DNA of 64,000 bases from Macrostomum lignano (taxonomy: Eukaryota), in assembly GCA_002269645.1 (NCBI GenBank), contig NIVC01001996.1, positions 1 through 64,000 of the forward strand, read 5' to 3'. Positions 38,451 through 50,100 of this stretch are shown here, piece by piece. The position numbers and the translations under genes are program-made. Under the pieces are notes generated by a model. That model saw only the letters and a program-made list of their open reading frames with translations, searched no databases and was not told where the DNA came from. Each line of letters starts with the position of its first letter. Within the stretch, counting starts at the first letter, position 1.

Positions 38451-41420
38451 CTTTGCAGTTTGCACTTTGAATATTTCTAACTTTTTTGCACGATAACTAT
38501 TGCATCATCTACGACACTCTGTTGACTGTAAACACGTGACTCTTCAAACATATTTTACAAGGTAAAATAAGATCATACAATACTGAGAATACATTTTTAA
38601 TAAAGGTTGCTCTTACCCCCGCACGTCTGCCACCAGTATCGATCAGCCAGCCGTTTTTGCACTGGCAGACGAAGAGATCCGTGCCTATCACTGGCAAGCA
38701 CTCGCCTCCAGCGTCCACATTGCAGGCTTGATTGCCAGTAGGCAGCCTGCCCTGTTCTGTTAACTGTCGTTCGAAGCAAGCATTTCTTTCCGTATCGCAT
38801 CTTGGACCCATGAACCCGGATTTGCAATAGCATCACAATTCGTTTGTTAGCGGGTCATATTGGCAGCTTTTTGTTCCAAACATTGAGCAGGGGTTGTCCA
38901 TCTGTTCGAGAGAAGTGCGCATATGCAATGGGAATAGAGAAACCTTTGGGTACAATCTAGATATTATGTAACAAATCTTATATGGGCAACTTTAAAACTG
39001 GGCTGCCCCTCCCCAAAGTTTATATAACTCAAGTCTGTTTTCACTTACTCAGAAAAGACAAGAAAGTTTCAAATCGCTGTCAAAATTTCAAACCGAGTGA
39101 GCTTAAAAATATTAACAGTAGCATACAGTCATATCAAAACGCTGACTTACTTTGCATCTGTCATAAATGACGCAGGCTCGCTTGCTGAATGACCAGGTGG
39201 CGGTTTCGATGCACGTGCACTTGAAGTCTTTGTCGTACATGCCGTCGAGGTAAACCTCGCAGTTGTCAGTCATCGTATACGCCATGTCTACGCAAGGATT
39301 GTTCCGACACGGGTTTGGGCAATAGTGATCAATGACGTCTCCTTTTAGCGACATATTGTGCAACATTCGGCAATACGAGAGCCAGAATGCGACACCGACA
39401 GAGTCAGCGCGAGTGTACAGGCCTTCGTCGACAAGTGGCCTGCGTAGAGTCGTGCTGTAGTACGTGTTAATCTTGGTTGACATAAGTATAAGAATAAAAC
39501 GCCTCCAAAAACATACTACATCAAGCGGTTCTCTACAGTGTAATGGACGCGATGTCCAGACTTTTTCTTCTTGATGAAATACTTTATCTTGTCGCATTGA
39601 CTCCCAAGTTCCAACGAGAAATTCGCGAATATGATCCCGGTACAAATAACTTTCCGTAATTTTCGCTTCATCATCGCGAATTTCGTTGCCCAATAGATTC
39701 AGTAAATCTCGATTCAAGTCGAAATCAACGCTGAGAAGTTTATTGAAAGACAGTCAAACAAGTTCTCCAAGCGAGTTTTTCTCTGGCCGATACGGCGATA
39801 GAACATCCAGGATTCAAACTTTTTTGTGGCTTCACGGTGGGCTGAAGACGATCCTACTAGGTTCATCAGCCGCATAAAACCTTTAGTTGCATGCTTGTAG
39901 AATACGACCTCGGTAGCAACCTCTCTACTCAAGCCGGTGCGCAGTACTTGGGGAAAGCCGAACTGATAGGACCGTTTAGTGGGGTGCAGCATGTCGCCGA
40001 ACGACAGCACGTGCGGATACATTCGATTCAGCTTGCCCATCGGGCGAGGCCGGAACAGCAAGTTGGCCAGCTCGTAGGTTTTTTCTTCGTCTTTCGGGTC
40101 TCGATAGATACGTCTGGCCTGCTCGGTAGCTCCTGTCGTGTCCAATGCAGTTGCTAGCATATAAAATAGCAGAGGTACTATAGCCTGAACATACTTCTTC
40201 CAGTTGAGCTTACGTACTCTTAGGCAGAATTGTTGATAACGCGACGAGTGTAAAGCTTAGTATAAGTTTTTTATAATCTTCTATTATTTAGCTTTATTTC
40301 ATTTTTACTCAAAGCATGACCATAGACTAATCATGTCCACAGCAAAATCCGCTTTCCAGCAAAAAATGCTGCAACTAAAAATCTTTTTTTTGAACTATGT
40401 ATGGCCTTCTATGAAAGACTTGTAAAGCTCAAGGATGACCGTTGCATGTACATGCAGTAAATTAGATTTACAAATAAACGACCCAGTTAAGCTGCATCTG
40501 CGTCGTACATGCGCGTAATTATTGGCAATAAATAGACCTAAAGAGATAATGTATCCCCCACTTGCCCCGGGCGAACGTCTATAGTCTCAATGTAAATTTC
40601 ATTTATTTGCATCGGTGCAAATAAACGGTCTATTTCTCTGTGCAACTGCTCTTTCGATTATAAGCCATTATATGGAATCCGATAAGGAAAATACGGTACA
40701 TATGCTTTATACTAAATAGACTATCACAATTGACTCTAACAAAAACACTGAACGTAGCATTTTTAATTTAGACTATGTACATGCTACAAACACGAACTAG
40801 CCAAGAGTAGACTACTTGACTGTCCTTTGGAGCTAGCCGATTTCATTAAGTCTAGGTTCTTAGTGCATTTTTGACATTTTAACGCCCATTCTCTTTTAAT
40901 ATTGTTACAAAGAAAAGTTTGATTTTATAACTAAGGAAGTTATACAAGTTACAGTAAAAAACGCTTTTAAATTGTTTTAAAAACACTTCTTATCAATCTT
41001 TGTTAAGACTTATAATTGCCTAAACAACAGAAATTTAACTTCGACTTAGAAAATAATTTTCTTAACTCGTCAGTTAGTAGCTAAAACTATCTATCAGGGC
41101 TTTTTACAAGCTTATCGTCCATCCGTCAAAGCATTTTAGGCCTATTAAGTCTCATGAAAATCGGTTGAACCGTTTTTTCCTGCAAACTGTCACACCCATG
41201 ATAAGACCAACTATTTTTAGTATATGACCTATGCTATACGCCTATACTCCCTATAGGATTGTGTTATGCACATGCTCGACCGATTCGTTTGATATTTCTG
41301 TTCATTTTTTGTGAAGCATTTTATCAAGCCATGTATAAAGCATGTATCTTAATCTTTACAGACGTTTTTGAAAGTTCAAATTTCAAATTTTAGCTTCATT
41401 TTTATCTAGCTTTAAACTTT

Positions 41421-43265
41421 GAACTTCGGCAATTGTCAAGTTCCGTTCGTTAAATTATTTTGACTTTAAAAGTACTGTACAAACTATTTTAAGTACAAAT
41501 AGCTATTTTAAGAGACCTAAGATTAATCAGGCCCTAATTTTATGCTTCAAAACTTGTTATAATGTATGACACCAAAAAGCTGCAATAGTCTATGATGGCC
41601 TAATCGTTAACAAGTGAACGAGTCTTAACAGAAACAAATAAAAAGTATTATTGTTACTATGGTTTACCATATTAACAATGCTTCAGTCAAAGATTGATTG
41701 TTTAACGATGATTGGAAATTTTGCCATAGACAATTTTTTTATATGTATTGTACCAAACATTCAATGCATGAAAAACATTAGGAATAGAAAATCATAGGAA
41801 AGCTACGCATTTTAACACATGCACTAACAAATACATGGATGAACAAAACAAAAAGCATAGATGAACTAAATACGCATTTTAACACAAAATGTGCATTAAC
41901 AAATTGAGCATGGAAAAACATAGAATATGCATTTTTACATACATTTAAACAAATTGAGAGCATAGAAAAATGTAGAATATGGACTTTACACACACATGTC
42001 ACCAAATTAAGCACAGAGAAACAGAATACGCATTTAAGCGCACATTTTAAGTTAAACTTAAATTTAACAAAACCAAGCATAGAAAAAACATAGAATGCAT
42101 TTCAAAATGTGTATATTGAAACATTAAAAGCAATTAGCTAATTGTTATGACATATCAGCATTTATCAAATCACATATCTGATATATCTAGTAGGGGTATA
42201 TCCAAAACCGAATGGTCATCCATTGTAGGATCTTCTAAGAAACAGATGAACTCCGCTAGGTCAGCATCGCCAGCATGGTTGGTTGCACTCAGCAGAGAAA
42301 GGAAATCCATTTCGCTTGAAGACACTCCATTAAGAGAATCAGTAGGCAGATATTTCCAATTTATTAGATGCATTTTAGTAGTTGATGTTAAAGCAAGCAA
42401 GCTTATATCAAGCCACAGTCCCCTGCATTTCTCTAATCTATATTCACTCAATAGTCTATGGTATAGTTGGAATTGCTCCATAGTGCTTCCTATGGCAGTG
42501 TCAATGTCGTTCTCAATGTCTATGGCCAAAACCTGCGCAGTCTAGGACATTTCTGATTTGCTGAGACATTGTTAAACAATCAGCATTAAACAACGCTTCA
42601 GCATTAAACAATGCTTCTAGTCGAGTATGCTAAATGATAGTGACAATAAGTCTATACATATGGTACTAGAGGTAAACAATAAGCAAAATCACAAGTGGCA
42701 TAGCCGTGGCATAGCCACTCATGATTTTGCTTATTGTTTACCTCTAGTACCATATGTATAATCTCCCATTGTTTATGATCAAATTGCCAATGAACAGCAA
42801 AAGCTTTACATGTTATATTAGTGGGAAATCCATAATAGGATATTTCTAAATGGCTTCACTGGGTTCAGTTGACACAACAATTCCTATAAGTATGTTTCAA
42901 ATAGGGCTTGTGAAGTCCCATGCATGGTGTGCAGCATAGGGCCTAGTCTTGCTAAATTTGGGACTTTAATTTTAGTTATTTGTTTTTTGTCAACTTGTTA
43001 AAGATCATTTATGTTTAGACTTGACCATAGACCTTTTTTCAAGTCGAAAAATGTTCAAATGTTTGGGCCATAGACTAGGCCTATTGTAGCTTTCTAGTGT
43101 CAGATGCATTATAACAAGTTTTGAAGCATAGAATTAGTGGTTAATCAGGCTTAAGTCTCTTAAAAGTATTTGTTTGTACTTAAAATAGTTCATGCATACA
43201 TTACTTTTCTGGAGTCAAAATAATTTAACAAACAAAAGTTGACAATTGCCTAAACTTCATATAGC
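41421..43265. repeat. Pair of diverged ~180-bp inverted repeats (41421-41600 and 43065-43265)
   Basis: GGCAATTGTCAA..GTTAAATTATTTTGACT..AACTATTTTAAGTACAAA..TAAGAGAC..ATGCTTCAAAACTTGTTATAATG on the left matches the reverse complement of the right copy. Confidence 0.75.
42653..42760. other. Near-perfect long hairpin (about 47-bp arms, 14-nt loop)
   Basis: TATACATATGGTACTAGAGGTAAACAATAAGCAAAATCA-CA-AGTGGC pairs with GCCACT-CA-TGATTTTGCTTATTGTTTACCTCTAGTACCATATGTATA; two mismatches. Confidence 0.9.
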
Positions 43266-44166
43266 TTCAAACCAACCACTGGGGCATAGGAAACATGTGA
43301 GTTTAAAACAAGGAGATTCTTTAATGTGATTGATTTTATATAAAAATTTTTGGCAATCTTTTACTTTATTGCTTTAAATTATTTTCATGTGAAAAATAAT
43401 AAAATATAAAGTCATTAATCATTAGAATATCAATGATAGTGTCTAACCTAATATAGAAAGTTCCCAAACACTTTTGGTGGCAGGAAGAGGTGGCACCACA
43501 GGTACTCATTAAGGTGGTGTCAAACGGCATCTGTATTAAGAGAAGCTGCCTTTTGTAACTGCTTTCTACATCCTGCACATTGGGCATGACTAGACATAGC
43601 CATATATAAACTGGGATCTATCTTGCTGCTTTAGTTAATAGCTAAAGCATCTAGGCATTGTGTGCAAGCCCGGGAGTTAGATAGCAGCCCAAAAGTGGTG
43701 CTCTAGGCCTCCTAGCAATTTGGCAATCACTAGATACACTAAAATGTTTATGAAAATATGAAAATAATTTAATGCAATAAAGTAAAAGATTGCCAAATTT
43801 TCTTCAATAGAGAAAGATAGAGCTTGATTAAGTTTTAGGTATCAATTCCTAATCTTTGTAGAACACCTAGTCATTAAGGCTAAAACCTTGTATTAGGCTA
43901 TATGATTGTCATTCAAACATATAAAAAACTGATCCTATACAAATACCAAAGATAATTTTTTGTTATTATTTTAGAGTTAAAATTTGTTAAAATTTATCAA
44001 AAATATAAATTATGTATATATAACACAGTTCTGATAAATATGTAATCTAAAATAATATTATAGTTAAAAAAGCTTTTTTCTTAATAAATAATTTGTGTAA
44101 TACAAAGTAAATACTAAAATTTGAATTTAAAGCAAAATGTTTAAAAGAAGTGTTTAATTTTCTATA

Positions 44167-47100
44167 ATGAGGAAAAAGTTTTTACATCACACCTCCTTTG
44201 CAGGCATGGCCCTTCCCCGTCACTATGTGGTGCACAGATTTGTTAAGATCACATTAAAGGACCTGAGCAAAGAGTCCAGTCAGTGCGACCCAGCCTTCGG
44301 CTATGTGCTCAATAATAACAGTAAAAAATTGCAGGACCAGCTAGCCGGACTGCTCAATAAGCAGCAGTACTTGTATGTGAGAGACAAAGCAGGCTGGACC
44401 CTGTTGCACTATGCTGTGCTGTGCGGCCATCGGAAAATTACCGCTCTGCTGTGCCAGTGCGGTTTCGATGTTAACATTAAATGCGACGTTAGCGCCTTTG
44501 GCGTCACAGGCTGGCGCGCCATTCACATTGCTGCTGAGAGAGGCGACTCTGACACCTTGAAGTTGTTAATCTCATATGGCGCCAGCTGCGAGCTGATGGC
44601 TGAAGTTGCTGAAGCAGCTGACAGCGGCAATGAGCAGCAGCAGCAGCAGCCAGACGCCACAGCAGTAGCAACATCTGGCTTGGCTGAACGTTGGAATGCT
44701 GTGCACATGGCCGTCTCCAGCGAGTCAGTGGAATCAGTGAGAGTCTGTCTGCAGCGGGGCGGAGCTTATGTTGACACGAGAACGTTGAGACGACAGACTC
44801 CACTGATGTTGGCTTGTAAATCTGGTTGCTTAGCAATTGTACAGCTTTTGCTCACTGCCGGTGCCAGTTTGAGAGCTAGGGACAGTCAGGTATGCTTTAT
44901 TGTTTTGTCCGCATGGTTGGTTGCACCTGCCCTAATGGCCAGATGTGCAACCGACAGCTCAGCCGCAGCTATTGCGCGGCGCATCTGAAGGCTGCGTAAC
45001 TGCGTAGCATAACTGATGCTAATTGCTGATTGGGAGGCCACTCAGCAGTAATCTAGCGCTGAATTTAGACTGTGTCTATAGAATTCTGATTGGAATCTAT
45101 AGACTTTTGATTAGAATCTATAGACTTCTGATTGGAATCTATAGACTTCTGATTGGAATCTATAGACTTCTGATTGGAATCTATTGACTTCTGATTAGAA
45201 TCTATAGACTTCTGATTGGAATCTATAGACTTCTGATTGGAATCTATAGACTTCTGATTGGAATCTATTGACTTCTGATTGGAATCTATAGACTTCTGAT
45301 TGGAATCTATAGACTTCTGAATGGAATCTATAAAATTTTGATTTTGGAATCCATACACTTCTGATTGGAATCTATATCAGACTTCTGATTGGAATCTATA
45401 TCAGACTTCTGATTGGAATCTATAGGCTTCTGATTGGAATCTATAAGACTTTTGATGGAATCTACATAGACTTCTGATTGGAATCTATAGAATTTTGATT
45501 GGAATCTATCGACTTCTGATTGAAATCTACATAGAATTCTGATTGGAATATATAGGCTTCTGATTGGAATCTATAGACTTTTGATTGGGATCTATAGACT
45601 TTTGATTGGAATCTATAGACTTTTGATTTTGGAATCTATACACTTTTGATTGGAATCTATAGAATTTTGATTTTGGAATCTATACACTTTTGATTGGAAT
45701 CTATAGAATTTTGATTGGAATCTATAGACTTTTGATTGGGATCTATAGACTTTTGATTTTGGAATCTATAGACTTCTGATTTTTGAATCTATAGACTTCT
45801 GAATGGGATCTAAAGACTTCTGACTTAAATCTGCAAACTTCTGATTTCGGAATCTGAAATGCAAGCAAAAATGCTATGTTCACCGTTGCCAGGGCAACAC
45901 TCCCCTGCACTACGCCGCGCAGTCGCCCTGCCCCGAGACGCTGCGCCTGATTCTTCAAGATGGCGCCCGGGCAGACGCGGTGAACTCGGCTGGCCAGCTG
46001 CCTCTGCACAATGCCGCCCAGAGTCGCAGCTCAGGCGTGCAAAATCTCCAACTGCTGCTGGACACTTGGCCGTCGGGCCTGGAAGCCGTCGCTTCGTTGC
46101 CGGATTTGAACATTGGCGCCGGCGCCACGCCGCTGATAGCCGCGGTGGCCACTCCCGGAGCTTCGGCTGTGACGGAGAAACTAGATTTGCTGCTGAGTCG
46201 AGGTGCCGATATCAATCGGGTATTTGAGTACAACTCGCTGACTGGAGTGAACGCGCTTCGACTGCTAGTTGAAACTCGCAGCATCAACACAGATCTGGTG
46301 CACTATCTCCTTAGCAACGGAGTCAATGTCGACTCTTTAGCTAGCGACGGAGTTTCGCCGTTGCTGTGCGCTGCTCAGAAAGGCAGCGTTGTCATGGTAA
46401 CTAAATTGTGCAAATATTCGCCCAATCCGAACGTTGCTGATCGAGACGGCTATACGGCTTTGATGTACGCCGTGAAGTGCAGGAACTCCAGCTTGGTGAG
46501 GACTCTGCTGGAGTTGAAACCCGACCTGGAGATTGCTATCAACTTCTACGACGCGAGGCGTGAGTGTTGCGTGCTGAGAATTCGGTTAAATATTATTAAG
46601 AATGAAATGAGTTCTAGCTAAAATACATGGGATGCAGATAAGAATCCATGGAGTACAGATAAGAGTCCATAGAATACTGATAAGAATCCATGAGTACAGA
46701 TAAGAGTCCATCGAATACTGATAAAGAATCCATGGAATACTGATAAGAATCCATGGAATACTGATAAGAATCCATGAAATACTGATAAGAATCCATGAAA
46801 TAAAACTGATAAGAATCCATGAGTACAGATAAGAATCCATGGAATACTGATAAGAATTTATGAAATAAAACTGATAATAATCCATGAGTACAGATAAGAA
46901 TCCATGGAATACTGATAAGAATCCATAGAATACTGATAAGTATCCATAGAATACTGATAAGAATCCATAGAATACTGATAAGAATCCATGGAATACTGAT
47001 AAGAATCCATAGAATACTGATAAGAATCCATGGAATACTGATAAGAATCCATAGAATACTGATAAGAATCCATGGAATACAGATAATAATCCATGAAATA

Positions 47101-50100
47101 AAACTGATAAGAATCCATCGAATACTGATAAGAATCCATAAAATTCTGATAAGAATCCATGAGTACAGATAAGAATCCATGGAATACTGATAAGAAAACA
47201 TAGAATACTGATAAGAATCCATAGAATACTGATAAGAATCCATAGAATACTGATAAGTATCCATAGAATACTGATAAGAATCCATAGAATACTGATAAGA
47301 ATCCATGAAATACTGATAAGAATCCATAGAATACTGATAAGTATCCATAGAATACTGATAAGAATCCATAGAATACTGATAAGAATCCATGGAATACTGA
47401 TAAGAATCCATAGAATACTGATAAGAATCCATAGAATACTGATAAGAATCCATAGAATACTGATAAGAATCCATGAGTACAGATAAGAATCCATGGAATA
47501 CTGATAAGAAAACATAGAATACTGATAAGAATCCATAGAATACTGATAAGAATCCATAGAATACTGATAAGTATCCATAGAATACTGATAAGAATCCATG
47601 GAATACTGATAATAATCCATAGAATACTGATAAGAATCCATGGAATACAGATAAGAATCCATGAAATACTGATAAGAATCCATGAAATGAAACTGATAAG
47701 AATCCATCGAATACTGATAAGAATCCATATAATACTGATAAGAATCCATGGAATACTGATAAGAATCCATGGAATACTGATAAGAATCCATAGAATACTG
47801 ATAAGAATCCATAGAATACTGATAAGAATCCATGGAATACTGATAAGAATCCATAGAATACTGATAAGAATCCATGGAATACTGATAAGAATCCATGGAA
47901 TACTGATAAGAATCCATGGAATACTGATAAGAATCCATGGAATACTGATAAGAATCCATGGAATACTGATAAGAATCCATAGAATACTGATAAGAATCCA
48001 TGGAATGCAGATAATGGGAAAATTCTGCAACAAGCAGCCGCTCTGTTCTCACCGATCGTGCGCCATTCCATATGCAGGCAACAAGTACGCCAACTGCACT
48101 CCGCTGCAAATGGCCATCGGCAAGGGCCAGATGGAGATTGTCAAAATGCTATTGGATGCCGGTGCTAATTTGTTCGCTAATATGGACAGCATGGGTGAGT
48201 TTCGGTAAATTATTAATCCATAAGAAGATTCTTACTTCTTATTTGGTGTCTTGTCACTCCCAATTTCTGAATAGTGAACTGTTGCGTGTCTTGCCACTCT
48301 ACCTGACTGTCTTGTCACTCTTGATCTGACTGTCTTGTCACTCTTTATCTGACTATATTGTCACTCTTTATCTGACTGTCTTGTCACTCTTTATCTGACT
48401 GTCTTGTCACTTTATCTGACTGTCTTGTCACTCTTTATCTGACTATATTGTCACTCTTTATCTGACTGTCTTGTCACTCTTTATCTGACTATATTGTCAC
48501 TCTTTATCTGACTGTCTTGTCACTCTTTATCTGACTATATTGTCACTCTCTATCTGACTGTCTTGTCACTCTTGATCTGACTATATTGTCACTCTTTATC
48601 TGACTGTCTTGTCACTCTTTATAGGTCCCGACCAGACCGAGTTCAGCGTCTCCTGCCTGCACACGGCCGTGGTGATGGACCACGCGGGCATCGGGCAGCT
48701 GCTGCTTGACCGCGGCGTCGATGTCAACGTGTGCACGTCGTCGGGCTTGACTCCGTTGCACTACGCAGCCAGCTGGGGTCACGACGCCTTCGCCAAGCTG
48801 CTGCTGAGCCGGGGTGCCACCGTAGACGCTGTCGGCGAACAGTTTATGGCTACGCCTTTGATCTATGCCGCCAGGCGGGACAAGCACACCACTATGCGGC
48901 TGCTGCTGGAGCACGGAGCAAATCCTAATCATCAGGATAAGCAGGTGAGATAATTGCACCTTGTGTGAGCTCTTGTGTATCAGTGCGTGCATATATAAGG
49001 TGGATATGGGGTAGTTTCACAGGTAGATATCAGGTAGTTTCACGGGTAGATATCAGGTAGTTTCACGGGTAGATATCAGGTAGTTTCACAGGTAGATATC
49101 AGGTAGTTTCACAGGTAGATATCGGGTAGTTAGGCAGGTAGATATCGGGTAGTTAGGCAGGTAGATATCAGGTAGTTTCACGGGTAGATATCAGGTAGTT
49201 TCACAGGTAGATATCGGGTAGTTAGGCAGGTAGATATCGAGTAGTTTCACGGGTTCAGTAGTCAGCTAGTTTTACAGATAGATGCACCATAAAAAACTGT
49301 CAATGCAGGGTTACACAGCGCTTCACTGGTGTCTGACATTCAACCACGTGGACTCGTTAGACGTTTTGTTAAACTGCGGTCGCAAATTGGACGTCAATTT
49401 GATTAGTCAGAAAGTGGATCACAGACGCGGTGTCACTGCTCTGGTTCTGGGTCTGGAGTACTGCTCAGCTAAAGTGGTCGAACGCTTGTTGGAGATGGGC
49501 TCAGACCCCAATGTGATCTTCGACGCCAATGAGATGACTTTGACGCCGATTTTCCTCTGCGCCGAGTTTGGATGCGTCGACAAATTGCAGCTGTTGATCA
49601 AGTATGGCGCCGACTTGAATAGGTGAGTTTGACCTTGCATACGTGGCTTGGAGTGACGGAATGATAAGCTAGTTCTGCCTGAGATAAAATAAATGATGGG
49701 AGTGACAGGATGAGTGATTCTGGAGTGAAAGGATGAGTGATGCTGAAGTGACAATATGAGTGATGCCGGAGTGAGAGGATGAGTGATAGCGGAGTGACAA
49801 GATGAGTGATGCCAGAGTGACAGGGTGAGTGATGCCGAAGTGAGAGGATGAGTGATTCCAGAGTGACAGGGTGAGTGATGCCGGAGTGACAGGATGAGTG
49901 ATTCCAGAGTGACAGGGTGAGTGATGCCGGAGTGACAGGATGAGTGATTCCAGAGTGACAGGGTGAGTGATGCCGGAGTGACAAGATGAGTGATGCCGGA
50001 GTGACAGGGTGAGTGATGCCGGAGTGACAGGGTGAGTGATGCCGGAGTGACAGGATGAGTGATGCCAGAGTGACAAGATGAGTGATGCCGGAGTGACAGG

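Larger units (their letters stand above)
36233..40160 (-). pseudogene. Type-I membrane protein gene: unknown ~290-aa N-terminal region, about four EGF-like repeats, one TSP1 repeat, TM helix; disrupted
   Basis: Minus-strand exons 40160-39151, 38901-38617, 38001-37775, 36560-36233 with compatible phases. EGF motifs CPNPCRNNPC...FKCTC, CQCKNGW, CQCPATHYGPKC; TSP1 WSVWGPWSSCDPDCG..RERHRSRAC; TM MLAALAIATAIGLGCLFTCQCFLSVAL. Lesions: frameshift near 39750 and an in-frame TGA at 38833-38835. Confidence 0.75.

Noticed and set aside
38833-38835. In-frame TGA as selenocysteine or programmed readthrough
   Set aside because: It is not at a Cys position of the EGF pattern, the gene also has a frameshift, and no SECIS is evident; a nonsense mutation or error is simpler.
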